DNA from: a virus
Taxonomy: Duplodnaviria; Caudoviricetes
Strand: one strand, 5' to 3'
DNA length: 64,000 nucleotides
Virus record (IMG/VR): IMGVR_UViG_2887127144_000001
In this document: in pieces, positions 25,580 through 35,502 of the stretch
Layout of the letters: each line of letters begins with the position of its first letter
Numbering within the stretch: the stretch's first letter is position 1
Made by a program: the position numbers and the translations under genes
The notes under the pieces: model-generated
What the model was told of the DNA's origin: nothing
Database searches by the model: none
The model's input: the letters and a program-made list of their open reading frames with translations, nothing else

Positions 25580-27753
25580 CACGCAGTCCCTTTCAGGCCG
25601 CCGCACCGGCCATGCGTGCACATGGCTATTCCGTCATCCCGCTCGCGCCCACCCAGAAGTACCCGACGATCGAGCGTTGGAGTGAATACTGCTCCCGCCT
25701 TCCGACGGACGAGGAGCACACTCGCTGGATGGGCTGGGTGGCCTCGAACATCGGGTTATGCCTGGGCTCCGCCTCCGGCGTCATGGCGCTCGACTTCGAC
25801 GACGACGTCGACGGACTTCACGAGCGCATCCTGGCGATCGTGCCCGACTCCCCGGTCAAGAAGCGGGGCGCCAAGGGGTTCACGGCTTTCTACCGGTACG
25901 GCGGGCAGCGTAGCCAAGGGCTCAGCCTGCGTGGAACCCGTGTGCTCGACGTGCTCTCCGACGGCCGCCAGACCGTCCTGCCGCCCTCCCTGCATCCGTC
26001 CGGCGGGGCCTACGAATGGATGACCCCGAGAACGCTCGCCGACCTCTCTCCGGATGACCTCCCCGAGATCCCAGCCGCCGCGATGCAGGCGGTGGGGGCG
26101 CTGTTCCGCTCGGAACCGGCCCGTCCGGCTTCCAGGCCCTTCCTCCAGGACCCCTACCGCGAGACCGACCTGGCCGAGGTCGCCGATGCCTTACGCTGCA
26201 TTCCGGCCGACGACTACGACGTCTGGATCAGGATGGGGATGGCGCTCAGGCAGCACCTGGGCGACCGAGGCATGGCCCTCTGGGATCAATGGTCCTCGAC
26301 CAGCTCGAAATACGACGCCCGGGAGATCCCGAAGCGATGGAGGAGCTTCAACCGGGCTGACATCACGATCGCCAGCCTCTTCTATACGGCCATGGATCAC
26401 GGCTACATCCCCCCGAGGCGGATGCCCGAGCGGCCCGAGTTGCCGGCGGTGGTCATCGAGGAGGGAGGGAACCTGCGCCCTTTCGCCAGCGGCCGCGCGG
26501 CCCAGCCATCGGTCGACGCGGCCATCCTGAACCCTCCGGGTTTGGTCGGTAGGGTCGCCCGCTGGATCAACGACACGAGCATCTATCCCCAGCCCATGCT
26601 CGCCGTGGCGGCGGCGATCACCGCGGCCGGGGTCGCGATGAGCCACAAGGTCCAGTCGCCGACGCGATTGCGGACGAACTTCTACACGATGGGCCTGGCG
26701 CCCAGCGGCGCGGGCAAGGACCATGCTCGCGACTGCGTCACGACCCTGCTATGCCGCGCCGGGCTGGAAGGTCTCATCGGGGGCACACCGGCGAGCGGCG
26801 CGGGGCTACTGACGGCCCTGCGGGAAGGTGGCGGGCGCTGCCTGGTGCTCTGGGACGAGTTCGGGCGTGTGCTGAAGAACCTGACCCACAAGAACGCGGG
26901 GAGCCATCAGCGGGACATCCTGACCTACCTGATCGAGCTATTCAGCTCATCGAAGAGCATGTACGCCGGGGTCCAGTACGCCAACCACGACGGCAAGATG
27001 AAGCGGACACCGATCGACCAGCCCTGCCTGTCGGTCTACGCGACCACGGTGCCCGAGCGCTTCTTCCAGACGCTGACCTCGGACGACGCGATTGACGGCT
27101 TCCTGGCTCGCTGGCTGGTCCTGGAGAGCAAGGAATACACGCTGAAGCCGGCCAAACCCGCAGGCAACGTGAACGACCCCCCGGAGGAGATCCTCGCCGA
27201 GCTGCGGCGGTGGAAGGATGCCCCTAGCAACTACGACCCCCGCGGCAACGTCGATGGGGTGCTCCGGATCAGTCCGATGGTGGTCAGCTATTCGGAGGAG
27301 GCGGAGAAGATCATCGGGGAGTACAGCGAGACCATGCGACGCCGGGCCGCAGAGGAATCGGCGGCACGCAGCGGCCTGTCTGCCATCTACGCCCGCTCGG
27401 CCGAGCACGCCATCAAGCTGGCCCTGGTCGCCCATGAGGGGGACACGATCGGGGCCGAGGCGATGAGCTGGGGCATCGCCATGGCCGACCACTGCGCGGC
27501 CTACATGGCCGAAGCCGTGAAGGCCAACGTCGCGGAAAGCGACCACGAGCGGAACCTCAACAGGGTCCTGCAGGTCATCCGCGACGGCAAGGGAGCCTGG
27601 GTCGAGAACCGCACGCTACTCCTGCGCACCCGCAACCTCAAGTTCAGGGAGCGAAACGAGATAATCGCGGACCTGGTCGAGTCGGGCGAGATCGAGCGTG
27701 AGGAGGTCGAGGGCAAGACCAAACGCTCTTACCGCTTCCGCGCGGTACGATAG
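25576..27753 (+). CDS. Bifunctional primase-polymerase / PriCT-2 / DUF3987-type helicase
   Basis: GYSVIPL, NIGL, ALDFD, QTVLPPSLHPSG; YD.WI.MGMAL..W..WS; SGAGKD, WDEFG. Confidence 0.92.
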   Translation: MTRSPFQAAAPAMRAHGYSVIPLAPTQKYPTIERWSEYCSRLPTDEEHTRWMGWVASNIGLCLGSASGVMALDFDDDVDGLHERILAIVPDSPVKKRGAKGFTAFYRYGGQRSQGLSLRGTRVLDVLSDGRQTVLPPSLHPSGGAYEWMTPRTLADLSPDDLPEIPAAAMQAVGALFRSEPARPASRPFLQDPYRETDLAEVADALRCIPADDYDVWIRMGMALRQHLGDRGMALWDQWSSTSSKYDAREIPKRWRSFNRADITIASLFYTAMDHGYIPPRRMPERPELPAVVIEEGGNLRPFASGRAAQPSVDAAILNPPGLVGRVARWINDTSIYPQPMLAVAAAITAAGVAMSHKVQSPTRLRTNFYTMGLAPSGAGKDHARDCVTTLLCRAGLEGLIGGTPASGAGLLTALREGGGRCLVLWDEFGRVLKNLTHKNAGSHQRDILTYLIELFSSSKSMYAGVQYANHDGKMKRTPIDQPCLSVYATTVPERFFQTLTSDDAIDGFLARWLVLESKEYTLKPAKPAGNVNDPPEEILAELRRWKDAPSNYDPRGNVDGVLRISPMVVSYSEEAEKIIGEYSETMRRRAAEESAARSGLSAIYARSAEHAIKLALVAHEGDTIGAEAMSWGIAMADHCAAYMAEAVKANVAESDHERNLNRVLQVIRDGKGAWVENRTLLLRTRNLKFRERNEIIADLVESGEIEREEVEGKTKRSYRFRAVR

Positions 27754-27844
27754 CCCCCGACGCGGGCTAGACGCCACGAACCCGGCAGCCCCGTGGCGTG
27801 TCGGCTATAAGTTTCGATGATCAAACGGGTTCGGAGCCCCCCCC

Positions 27845-29245
27845 GTGGACATCCTCACGCCTGTGGTCCCCGAGGACCGGCAGCACCCCAACTTCCGCAT
27901 GCTGACGAGCATCGAGCTCTCCGGCCCTGAACGGGCCGTGCTTCAGGGCTGGGCGGATGGATTTCGTGACCGGGACGGCAAGTTCGCGAAGGAATTCCAG
28001 ACGACCTACAATTCCAGCTTCTGGGAGCTCTACCTGTTCGCGGCCTTCAGGGAGCTGGGCTGCGATGTCGACCAGAGCCACTCGTCGCCGGATTTTGTCC
28101 TGAGGACCCCGGTCGGTGAAATCGTCGCAGAGGCCACGATCGCCTCGCATGCGGAGGGGTACGCCCCGGAGTGGGAGCGCCCGGATCCCGAGGCAAGGCT
28201 CGACGTCAACCGCGAGGAGCTCATCACGCTGGCCACGATCCGCCTGGCGAACGCGGTCACGTCGAAGCACCGGAAGTACTTTGCCTCCTATGCGACGCTA
28301 CCTCACGTCGCCGGCAAGCCGTATGTGATCTGCGTGGCCCCGTTCGAGCAGCCCTTCTTCTTCATGCAGAACGACCTGGCGCTCCGGAGGGTCCTGTACG
28401 GCTTCGACCAGCACATCTTCATCGACGACAAGGGGACCGGGGCGAGGCTGGTGCTCGGGGTGGCGACGCGCGACAGCGTCACGAAGGACAACGGGTCGCA
28501 GGTGCCACTGGGGCTATTCACACGCCCAGGCATGGAGGACGTCAGCGCCGTCATCTTCAGCAACACAGCGACCTTCACCAAGGTTCAAGCCCTTGCGAGC
28601 GAGGGTTCGTACCCGGTCATCTTTCTGGCGAGCCGATACAATGCGGCCGGGATCGAGCCTCACCTGATCCGCCTGCCGCGCCCCCACTACCAGGAGACGT
28701 TGCTCGACGGCCTTCACGTCTGCCTCAACCCGTTCGCTACCCGGCCCCTCGACCCCGGCTGGTTGCTAGAACGAGGGGCGGCGCTTCACACCTATGACCC
28801 GGCGACCAAAGAATACTCGGGGCTTGGGCCAGACGGATTCCTGATCCAGCACGGCAGCTTTTCGGCGTTGCGACCGGGCATGGCGCGGGGCTTCGCGAGG
28901 GAGCCCAAGCCCCCGGATTCGTTCAAGCGGCCGAGCCTACCCGATTTCCCCGAGGGTCAGTTGGTGGCCGTTGGCGGTCAGGTAATGAGCTTCGTCGACC
29001 ACCACCTCGGCCATTATCGCGGCTGGACCGTCATGGTCGCCCGCGACCGAGGGGACAACGACTGGGGAGCCCAAGCGTTCGAGGGGCTATATCGGTCGCT
29101 TGCCGAGTGCCAGAGCGTGCCGAAGGAGATGCGATACCTGCCGGCGGCGGACTGGCGGGCGACCCGAGATGAGGCGTTCGAGGACATGAAGCGACGGATC
29201 GACCGCGAAGTCGCCCGTTCGCGGGAATCGAGACAGGCCGACTGA
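27845..29245 (+). CDS. Putative PD-(D/E)XK nuclease (family often mis-annotated as glycosaminoglycan attachment protein)
   Basis: HPNF...DRDGKF.KEFQTT.NSSFWELYL...SPDF...EAT motifs. Confidence 0.7.
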   Translation: MDILTPVVPEDRQHPNFRMLTSIELSGPERAVLQGWADGFRDRDGKFAKEFQTTYNSSFWELYLFAAFRELGCDVDQSHSSPDFVLRTPVGEIVAEATIASHAEGYAPEWERPDPEARLDVNREELITLATIRLANAVTSKHRKYFASYATLPHVAGKPYVICVAPFEQPFFFMQNDLALRRVLYGFDQHIFIDDKGTGARLVLGVATRDSVTKDNGSQVPLGLFTRPGMEDVSAVIFSNTATFTKVQALASEGSYPVIFLASRYNAAGIEPHLIRLPRPHYQETLLDGLHVCLNPFATRPLDPGWLLERGAALHTYDPATKEYSGLGPDGFLIQHGSFSALRPGMARGFAREPKPPDSFKRPSLPDFPEGQLVAVGGQVMSFVDHHLGHYRGWTVMVARDRGDNDWGAQAFEGLYRSLAECQSVPKEMRYLPAADWRATRDEAFEDMKRRIDREVARSRESRQAD

Positions 29246-29263
29246 GATAAGTAACAATGATCG

Positions 29264-29535
29264 AGATAAATCGCACGGCTCCTTGCGATTTATTCGAGGA
29301 CGCCGTTCCCTTAAATTTCAATATATTATTGTAATATGATTATATAAATAATAAATAAGTAACATAAATCACATGGTATCTCTTGCCCTCCTCTTCTACA
29401 GTAGGGATGTGCTATAGGGTGTACTGCTGCGATTTATTCTGGCGACGTCCGGCTGGCAGCGAGATTTACTAGCAATGTCATCAGGTTAGAGCGACAAGAT
29501 AAATCGCTGCGACTTTTTCGGCCTGCGATTTATCT
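29264..29535. repeat. Candidate phage replication origin: GCGATTTAT iterons around an AT-rich core
   Basis: GCGATTTAT at ~29285, 29429, 29525; inverted ATAAATCGC at ~29266, 29499; AT-rich 29310-29370. Confidence 0.75.
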
Positions 29536-29623
29536 CCCCTCCCCGCAACAGCTCCCCATAAAGAACCCGCTTGCGCACCACTTCATTTCGTGGCAGTGTT
29601 TGGCAAACCAGCTAGGGGGGGCT

Positions 29624-30124
29624 ATGCGGGGGCACATCATCACCTGGGAACGGGCGGCCAAGGGCGACCTTCACATCACGCAGGACGCCGCAGGGTTCAT
29701 GTCACGGGCGTCCGTGATCGACAACAGCATCATCAGCAGGCTGCACGAGAAGCGGATCCTCGGATGGAAGCACATCGAGGCCGCAGCGACCTACTCCCTG
29801 TGGCAGCACGCCTTCAAGCGCCCCTTTTACGCCGAGCCCCGCAAGCTCTACATGATCGAGATCGCCGGCGGCCAGTCGAACGGCAAGAAGGACGAGGGCA
29901 GCTACCGGAAGCTCCTCCGCAGGCTTACGCGGCTCGACCAGTACATCGTCGACACGGCGATCACCGGCGACTACGTCGAGCCCGTGACCGAGCAGGAGGT
30001 GATCCGCCAGGCCCACACGAACAAGCAGGTGGTGCATGCCTTCGACCTGCTGTGCGAGGCCATCCGGCAGGTGAAGGAGGAGATCGAGCGGGATGAAGAT
30101 AACGCTTGCGCAACGGATAATTAA
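29624..30124 (+). CDS. Hypothetical protein, possible late transcription regulator
   Basis: Position between the origin and the terminase promoter; function inferred from synteny only. Confidence 0.65.
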   Translation: MRGHIITWERAAKGDLHITQDAAGFMSRASVIDNSIISRLHEKRILGWKHIEAAATYSLWQHAFKRPFYAEPRKLYMIEIAGGQSNGKKDEGSYRKLLRRLTRLDQYIVDTAITGDYVEPVTEQEVIRQAHTNKQVVHAFDLLCEAIRQVKEEIERDEDNACATDN

Positions 30125-30199
30125 CTGCTATCCTTAGAATTAAGCCACGCCACAGGTGCGTCCAGAATTTACCGCCCGCGTTCAGCGGGCTTTTTTATT
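30105..30199 (+). promoter_or_regulatory. Late promoter followed by a leader terminator
   Basis: TTGCGC-N17-TATCCT, then GCCCGC-gttca-GCGGGC-TTTTTT before terS. Confidence 0.6.
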
Positions 30200-30205
30200 G
30201 CCCAC

Positions 30206-30751
30206 ATGTCCGAGACCCTTACCCCGAAACAGGAAAAGTTCGCGCAGAAGTTCGTCGAGATCGACAACGCCAGCGAGTCATATCGCTTTGCGTATGACGC
30301 CGAAAACATGAGCGACGAAGCAATCGCGGTTGAGGCTTGCCGCCTTCGAGACAACCCTAAGGTGGCCCTAAGAATTGAAGAGCTTAGGAAATACCAGCTC
30401 AAGCGGCACGAAGCGACCGCGGATCGCGTCATCGCCGAGCTGGCCCGTCTGGCCTTCCTGGATATCCGCAAGGCCTTCGATGAAGAAGGCAACTTGAAGC
30501 CGATCCACGAGCTGGATGACGACACCGCGGCCGCCATCTCCGGCCTCGAGGTCGAGACCCTCTTCGAGGGCAAGGGGTCGGAACGTGAGGCGGTAGGCCG
30601 CCTGCACAAGATCAAGCTCAGCGACAAGAAAGGGGCGTTGGACAGCCTGGCGAAGACGCTCGGCATCGCCCCCGACAAGCTGATCGTGATGAACCAGCCC
30701 CTGCCCGAGGAGGATCGGGCACTGCTTGACGAGTACACGAAGGCCAAGTGA
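30206..30751 (+). CDS. terS: Terminase small subunit
   Basis: LTPKQEKF...ASESYR.AY, ADRVIAELARLAF.D, KIKLSDK..AL. Confidence 0.93.
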   Translation: MSETLTPKQEKFAQKFVEIDNASESYRFAYDAENMSDEAIAVEACRLRDNPKVALRIEELRKYQLKRHEATADRVIAELARLAFLDIRKAFDEEGNLKPIHELDDDTAAAISGLEVETLFEGKGSEREAVGRLHKIKLSDKKGALDSLAKTLGIAPDKLIVMNQPLPEEDRALLDEYTKAK

Positions 30752-32141
30752 CCAGGAGGCGTTCGACGCCCTCCTGCGCCATCGGCTGTCCGCGTTCACG
30801 CGAAAGGCATTCGCGACCGTAGATCCGGGGGCGACCTACAGCCACAACTGGCACATCGACCTTATCGCCGAGTACCTGGAGGCATGCACCAGGCGCGAGA
30901 TCAAGCGGCTGATCATCAACATCCCGCCCCGCTACATGAAGTCGATATCGGTCACGGTGGCGTGGCCGGCATGGCTCCTAGGCAGAGACCCGAGCGAGCG
31001 CATCCTCGCGGCGTCCTACGCCGAAGTGCTCTCCCTGAAGCACAGCATGGACTGCCGCCTGGTGATGCAGTCGGACTGGTACCGGCGCATCTTCCCCGGG
31101 CTTCAGCTCACCGGGGACCAGAACGAGAAACGCAAATTCGTCACGACGGCGCGGGGCCATCGCTTCGCCACCTCAGTCGGCGCCTCGGTCATCGGCGAGG
31201 GCGGGCGGTTCCTGATCGTGGATGACCCGCTCAATGCCCAGCAGGCATTGTCCGACACCCAACGCGAGGCCGCGAACACCTGGTTCGACCAGGGGTTCTC
31301 GACCCGCCTCGACGACAAGGAGAACGGCGTCATCGTCGTGGTGATGCAGAGGCTCCACGCCGACGACCTATCCGGCCACCTGCTGGCGAAGGGCGGCTGG
31401 GAGCACCTGTGCATCCCCGGCATAGCCGAGGTCCGCACGGTCGTTGATTTCGGGCGGGTGAAAGTCATCCGGGAACCGGGCGACGTGCTTCATCCGGCCC
31501 GCGAGAGCCGGCAGGCTATCGAGCGGCAGAAGACCGAGATGGGTTCCTACGCCTTCGCCGGGCAGTACCAGCAACGTCCCGCGCCTGCGGACGGCGGCAT
31601 CTTCAAGGCCGGCTGGTTCAGACGCTACGAGAAGCCCCTGGAGACTTACGAGCAGATCATCCAGAGCTGGGACACGGCGAGCAAGCCGGGCCAGCTCAAC
31701 GACCCGAGCTGCTGCCTGACCTTCGGTGTCAGGAAAGACGGCTTCGACCTGCTGCAGGCGGTTGTTCGCCGCCTCGAGTACCCGGACCTGAAGGCCCTCG
31801 TGCTCAAGCAGGCCGTCGACTGGAACCCGAACGCCATCCTGATCGAGGACAAGTCGTCCGGTCAGGCGCTCCTGCAAGACCTTCGACGGGAGACGAAGCT
31901 GCCGCTGATCGGGATCAATCCCGAGAAGGACAAGATCACCCGGGCTTCGGCCGTCTCCGCCATGGTGGAGGCTGGCAAGCTGGCCCTGCCTACGCAGGCA
32001 CCATGGCTAACCGATTTCGAGATGGAACTGATGACCTTCCCCAACGCTCCGCATGACGACCAAGTGGACGGGCTGAGCCAGTTCTTGAACTGGATGCGGG
32101 AGCGCCAGCACGCCCCCGAGATCCGCATCCGCAGGCTCTAG
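30726..32141 (+). CDS. terL: Terminase large subunit
   Basis: INIPPRYMKS, IVDDP, MQRLH.DDL, YQQRP, SWDTA, IEDKSSG, HDDQVD. Confidence 0.96.
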   Translation: MTSTRRPSDQEAFDALLRHRLSAFTRKAFATVDPGATYSHNWHIDLIAEYLEACTRREIKRLIINIPPRYMKSISVTVAWPAWLLGRDPSERILAASYAEVLSLKHSMDCRLVMQSDWYRRIFPGLQLTGDQNEKRKFVTTARGHRFATSVGASVIGEGGRFLIVDDPLNAQQALSDTQREAANTWFDQGFSTRLDDKENGVIVVVMQRLHADDLSGHLLAKGGWEHLCIPGIAEVRTVVDFGRVKVIREPGDVLHPARESRQAIERQKTEMGSYAFAGQYQQRPAPADGGIFKAGWFRRYEKPLETYEQIIQSWDTASKPGQLNDPSCCLTFGVRKDGFDLLQAVVRRLEYPDLKALVLKQAVDWNPNAILIEDKSSGQALLQDLRRETKLPLIGINPEKDKITRASAVSAMVEAGKLALPTQAPWLTDFEMELMTFPNAPHDDQVDGLSQFLNWMRERQHAPEIRIRRL

Positions 32142-33500
32142 ATGGTCTGGCCCTTCCGCCGCAAGGACGTGGCGCCCCCGCCCGGCCGTAAGAACGCGAC
32201 CTACTTCTTCTCGCTCGGCCTCGGCAAGGCCGGGCTCACCGGAGCCGGATATGACAAGCTCGCGAGCGAGGGCTACGCCCAGTGCGTGGTGGCCTACGCC
32301 TGCATCAACCTGAAGGCGACTGCGGTCGCCTCGGTGGACCTCCAGCTCTACCGGCGCGGCAAGAAGGGCAAGCTGGCGAAGGTTGAGGCGCACGAGCTGC
32401 TCAGGCTGCTGGAGAACCCGAACCCGACCCAGTCGGGCCGCGAGTTCATGCGGCACCTGACAAGCTACCAGCAACTCTGCGGCAACGCCTACATCTTCGG
32501 CAACGGCATCGACCCGGCGAAGCGCACCGGCAAGCCGCCCCGGGAACTTCAGCTGCTGAACCCGGGCAAGATGCGGATCGAGCCGGGGACGGGTCTGTTC
32601 CCGAAGCAGTACGAATACCGCTCGGCCCAGAACGTGGCCACCACCTTCCCGGTGGAACAGATCACGGGCCGCTCGGCGATCCTGCACCTGAAGTCGTTCA
32701 ATCCGCTCAACGCCTGGTACGGCATGAGCCCGCTGGAGGCGGCCGCCCTCGGCGTGGACATCCACAACGACGGCCAGCGCTGGAACAAGCGGCTGATCGA
32801 GAACGGGGCCCGCCCCTCTGGCGCCCTGGTGGTCAAGGGCGGCGAGGGCCATCCGGCAACGCTCTCGGACGATCAGTACCTCCGCGTCAAGCAGATGATC
32901 GACGAGCAGTTCAGCGGCCCGGCCAACGCAGGCCGACCGATGCTCCTCGAGGGCGGGCTGGAATGGAAGGAGATGAGCCTGAACCCCAAGGACATGGAGT
33001 TCTTGGAGGGCAAGCACTCCGCCGCCCGCGACATCGCCCTGGCCTACGGGGTGCCGCCGCAGCTTCTCGGCATCCCGGGCGACTCGACCTATTCGAATTA
33101 CTCCGAGGCCCGCACCGCCTTCTGGACGGACACCGTCCTACCGGAGCTGGGCTGGACGCTCGACGCCCTGAACCGCTGGCTGACGCCGCTCTACGGCGAG
33201 GATCTCTACGTCTGGTACGACGAGGAGATGATCCCCGCGCTGGAGACCCGGCGCAAGGAGAAGGCCGAGCGGATCAACGCCGCGAGCTACATGACGATCA
33301 ACGAGAAGCGCCGGGCGATGGGCCTGGACGACGTCGAGGGCGGGGACGTGATCTTCGTGCCCAGCACGAACGTGCCTCTGGAACTGGCCGGTCAGATAGA
33401 CCTGCCCGAGCCGGGGAGCCAGGCTGACCAGGGCGGAGAGCCCGCGACGGACGCCCCGGAAGACGACACGGACGATCCGGAAGACGACGAGGCCGAGTGA
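32142..33500 (+). CDS. HK97-family portal protein
   Basis: VAYACI, GMSPLEAA, NGARPSGAL, NAGRPMLLEGGL, GVPPQLLG, TINEKR. Confidence 0.96.
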   Translation: MVWPFRRKDVAPPPGRKNATYFFSLGLGKAGLTGAGYDKLASEGYAQCVVAYACINLKATAVASVDLQLYRRGKKGKLAKVEAHELLRLLENPNPTQSGREFMRHLTSYQQLCGNAYIFGNGIDPAKRTGKPPRELQLLNPGKMRIEPGTGLFPKQYEYRSAQNVATTFPVEQITGRSAILHLKSFNPLNAWYGMSPLEAAALGVDIHNDGQRWNKRLIENGARPSGALVVKGGEGHPATLSDDQYLRVKQMIDEQFSGPANAGRPMLLEGGLEWKEMSLNPKDMEFLEGKHSAARDIALAYGVPPQLLGIPGDSTYSNYSEARTAFWTDTVLPELGWTLDALNRWLTPLYGEDLYVWYDEEMIPALETRRKEKAERINAASYMTINEKRRAMGLDDVEGGDVIFVPSTNVPLELAGQIDLPEPGSQADQGGEPATDAPEDDTDDPEDDEAE

Positions 33501-34246
33501 CCGACCGCCGCCTCGCCCTCCGCGCCTGGCTACTCGCGATGAGTCGGCTCGAAGTCCAGCTCCGCGTCGAGCAGGCCCGCGCCCGCAACGCGATGATCCG
33601 GGCGGCGGCCAGGGCCTACGAGAAGAACGGCCACCCACCGTCCCATGTCTTCCTCGCCCATCGGGTGAGGGTGAAGGGCGTGCTGGACGATCACTACCGC
33701 CGCACCATCCCCCTCTTCGGGCAGATGGCACTGAAGCAGGTCAAGTCCCGCCGCATCGAGCGGAAGGCCGCCCAGACCATCTACGAGGCGCTGGTTGCCG
33801 AATGGATCGGTCGCGAGGCACTGCGCAAGGCGACGCTGATCGCGGACACCGACCGCGACGACGTCCTCGGCGCCATCGAAGGCGGCATGGCCGAGGGGAT
33901 CGGCACGGAGGAAATAGGGAGGAGGATACGGAAGGTCGCGCAGATGACACCGTATCGGGCCGCCACGGTCGCCCGCACGGAGACGCACGCCGCCGCCACG
34001 TTCGGCAGCATCGAGAGTGTCCGGCAGGCAGAGCGCGACCTGGGCGTGGTCATGGTCAAGGAATGGCTGGCCACGAAGGACGACCGCACCCGCCCGGAGC
34101 ACCTTGCTGCGGACGGGCAGAAGGTCGGCATGGACGAGAAATTCACCGTCGGCGGCGAGCTGATGGACCGGCCGGGGGATTCGAGCGCGAGTGCGGAGAA
34201 CGTCATCGCGTGCCGGTGTGCGCTGGTTTATGAGGAGAAAAGTTAG
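33497..34246 (+). CDS. Minor head protein (Mu gpF/SPP1 gp7)
   Basis: RA.TVARTET, KEW....DDRTRPEH, PGD, CRC. Confidence 0.92.
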   Translation: MTDRRLALRAWLLAMSRLEVQLRVEQARARNAMIRAAARAYEKNGHPPSHVFLAHRVRVKGVLDDHYRRTIPLFGQMALKQVKSRRIERKAAQTIYEALVAEWIGREALRKATLIADTDRDDVLGAIEGGMAEGIGTEEIGRRIRKVAQMTPYRAATVARTETHAAATFGSIESVRQAERDLGVVMVKEWLATKDDRTRPEHLAADGQKVGMDEKFTVGGELMDRPGDSSASAENVIACRCALVYEEKS

Positions 34247-34623
34247 TGATTCCAGTCAAACAGAGCAAGCTCTACGCGAAAGACGGCATCCACAACGGGA
34301 ATTGCTTTGCTGCCTGCCTTGCCTCACTGCTTGAGATTCCTCTATGGATGGTCCCGCCCTTCGATGACATGTTCGGGCGGAGCGATTGGCGTCCGCGTGT
34401 TGACGAGTGGCTGCTACAGCTTTTCAAGCTCAAGCTAGTGCGCTGGGACGCAGGCGATGACCCGGTGGAATTCCCCGATTTCTACATCGCCAGCGGCATG
34501 TCCGCTCGTGGCGTGCAGCACTCGGTCATCTACAGCAATGGCGTGATGGTGCACGACCCGCACTACAGCGACAGCGGCATCGCCGAGGTGGATTGGGTTT
34601 GGTATCTGGCACCGGCCGCATGA
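34246..34623 (+). CDS. Hypothetical protein, papain/C39-like Cys-His-Asp pattern
   Basis: GNCFAACLASLL...HSVIY...HDP. Confidence 0.65.
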   Translation: MIPVKQSKLYAKDGIHNGNCFAACLASLLEIPLWMVPPFDDMFGRSDWRPRVDEWLLQLFKLKLVRWDAGDDPVEFPDFYIASGMSARGVQHSVIYSNGVMVHDPHYSDSGIAEVDWVWYLAPAA

Positions 34624-34838
34624 CCGACCGCATCCGCTCCCAGCACGGCAACGTCATCGCCGCCGACTTCCGGCCGCGCGTGGGCGAAATCACGGTAGGA
34701 ATCGAGTTCCGCTCCGAAACGCTCTACTGCGACGACCACATCATCCTGACCCGAGCGACCGCCTTCATGGATGGCGAGGTCATCGCGGTCATGCACTTCG
34801 CCGGGAATCTGCAGACCGGCACCATCGTAACGCTGTAA
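34620..34838 (+). CDS. Hypothetical protein
   Basis: ATGA-coupled ORF. Confidence 0.55.
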   Translation: MTDRIRSQHGNVIAADFRPRVGEITVGIEFRSETLYCDDHIILTRATAFMDGEVIAVMHFAGNLQTGTIVTL

Positions 34839-34853
34839 CAACTGGGAACCCAT

Positions 34854-35498
34854 ATGGACAAGGAAGTCTCCTACTTCGCCTTCACCGAATTCAAGGCGGA
34901 CGACGAAACCCGCACTATCGAAGGTTGGGCGTCCATCTACGACTACGTCGACTCGCAGAAGGACATCGTCGTCCGCGGGGCGTTCGCCAAGTCGCTCAAG
35001 AGCGGCAAGCCGGCCATGCTCTGGCAGCACCGCCAGGACTCCCCGATCGGCGTTTGGGACGTGGCCGAGGAAACCGACAAGGGCCTGCTCGTGCGGGGGC
35101 GCATCCTCGACACGACCTTGGGAAACGATGCCTACAAGCTGGCCAAGGCCGGCGCCATCAAGGGCCTCTCCATCGGGTACACGGCCAAGCGTCAGGAGTT
35201 CGACCGTGATAAGGGCACGCGCAAGCTGCTCGAGGTGGACCTCTGGGAGGTGTCGCTCGTCACCTTCCCGGCCAACGACCGGGCCAAGCTGACCAGAGTC
35301 AAATCGGACGACGGCGCGTTCATGACCGAGCGCGACTTCGAGGAATTCCTGCGGGACGCAGGAGGTTTGAGCCACAAGGAGGCCAAGATCGTGGTCTCCG
35401 AGGGCTACAAGGCTTTGCTGAAGCACCGGGACGGTGGGGCGGAGGAGCAGACGGTATTGCGCGAATTGCGCGACGTATTAACCAACTTTAGGATTTAG
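34854..35498 (+). CDS. HK97-family prohead protease
   Basis: MLWQH, PIGVW, GLSIGY, EVSLVTFPAN. Confidence 0.96.
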   Translation: MDKEVSYFAFTEFKADDETRTIEGWASIYDYVDSQKDIVVRGAFAKSLKSGKPAMLWQHRQDSPIGVWDVAEETDKGLLVRGRILDTTLGNDAYKLAKAGAIKGLSIGYTAKRQEFDRDKGTRKLLEVDLWEVSLVTFPANDRAKLTRVKSDDGAFMTERDFEEFLRDAGGLSHKEAKIVVSEGYKALLKHRDGGAEEQTVLRELRDVLTNFRI

Positions 35499-35502
35499 CA
35501 AC

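Noticed and set aside
27817-29262. ATGATC on both sides of the nuclease gene as a target-site duplication
   Set aside because: Only 6 bp, with no terminal inverted repeats or transposase
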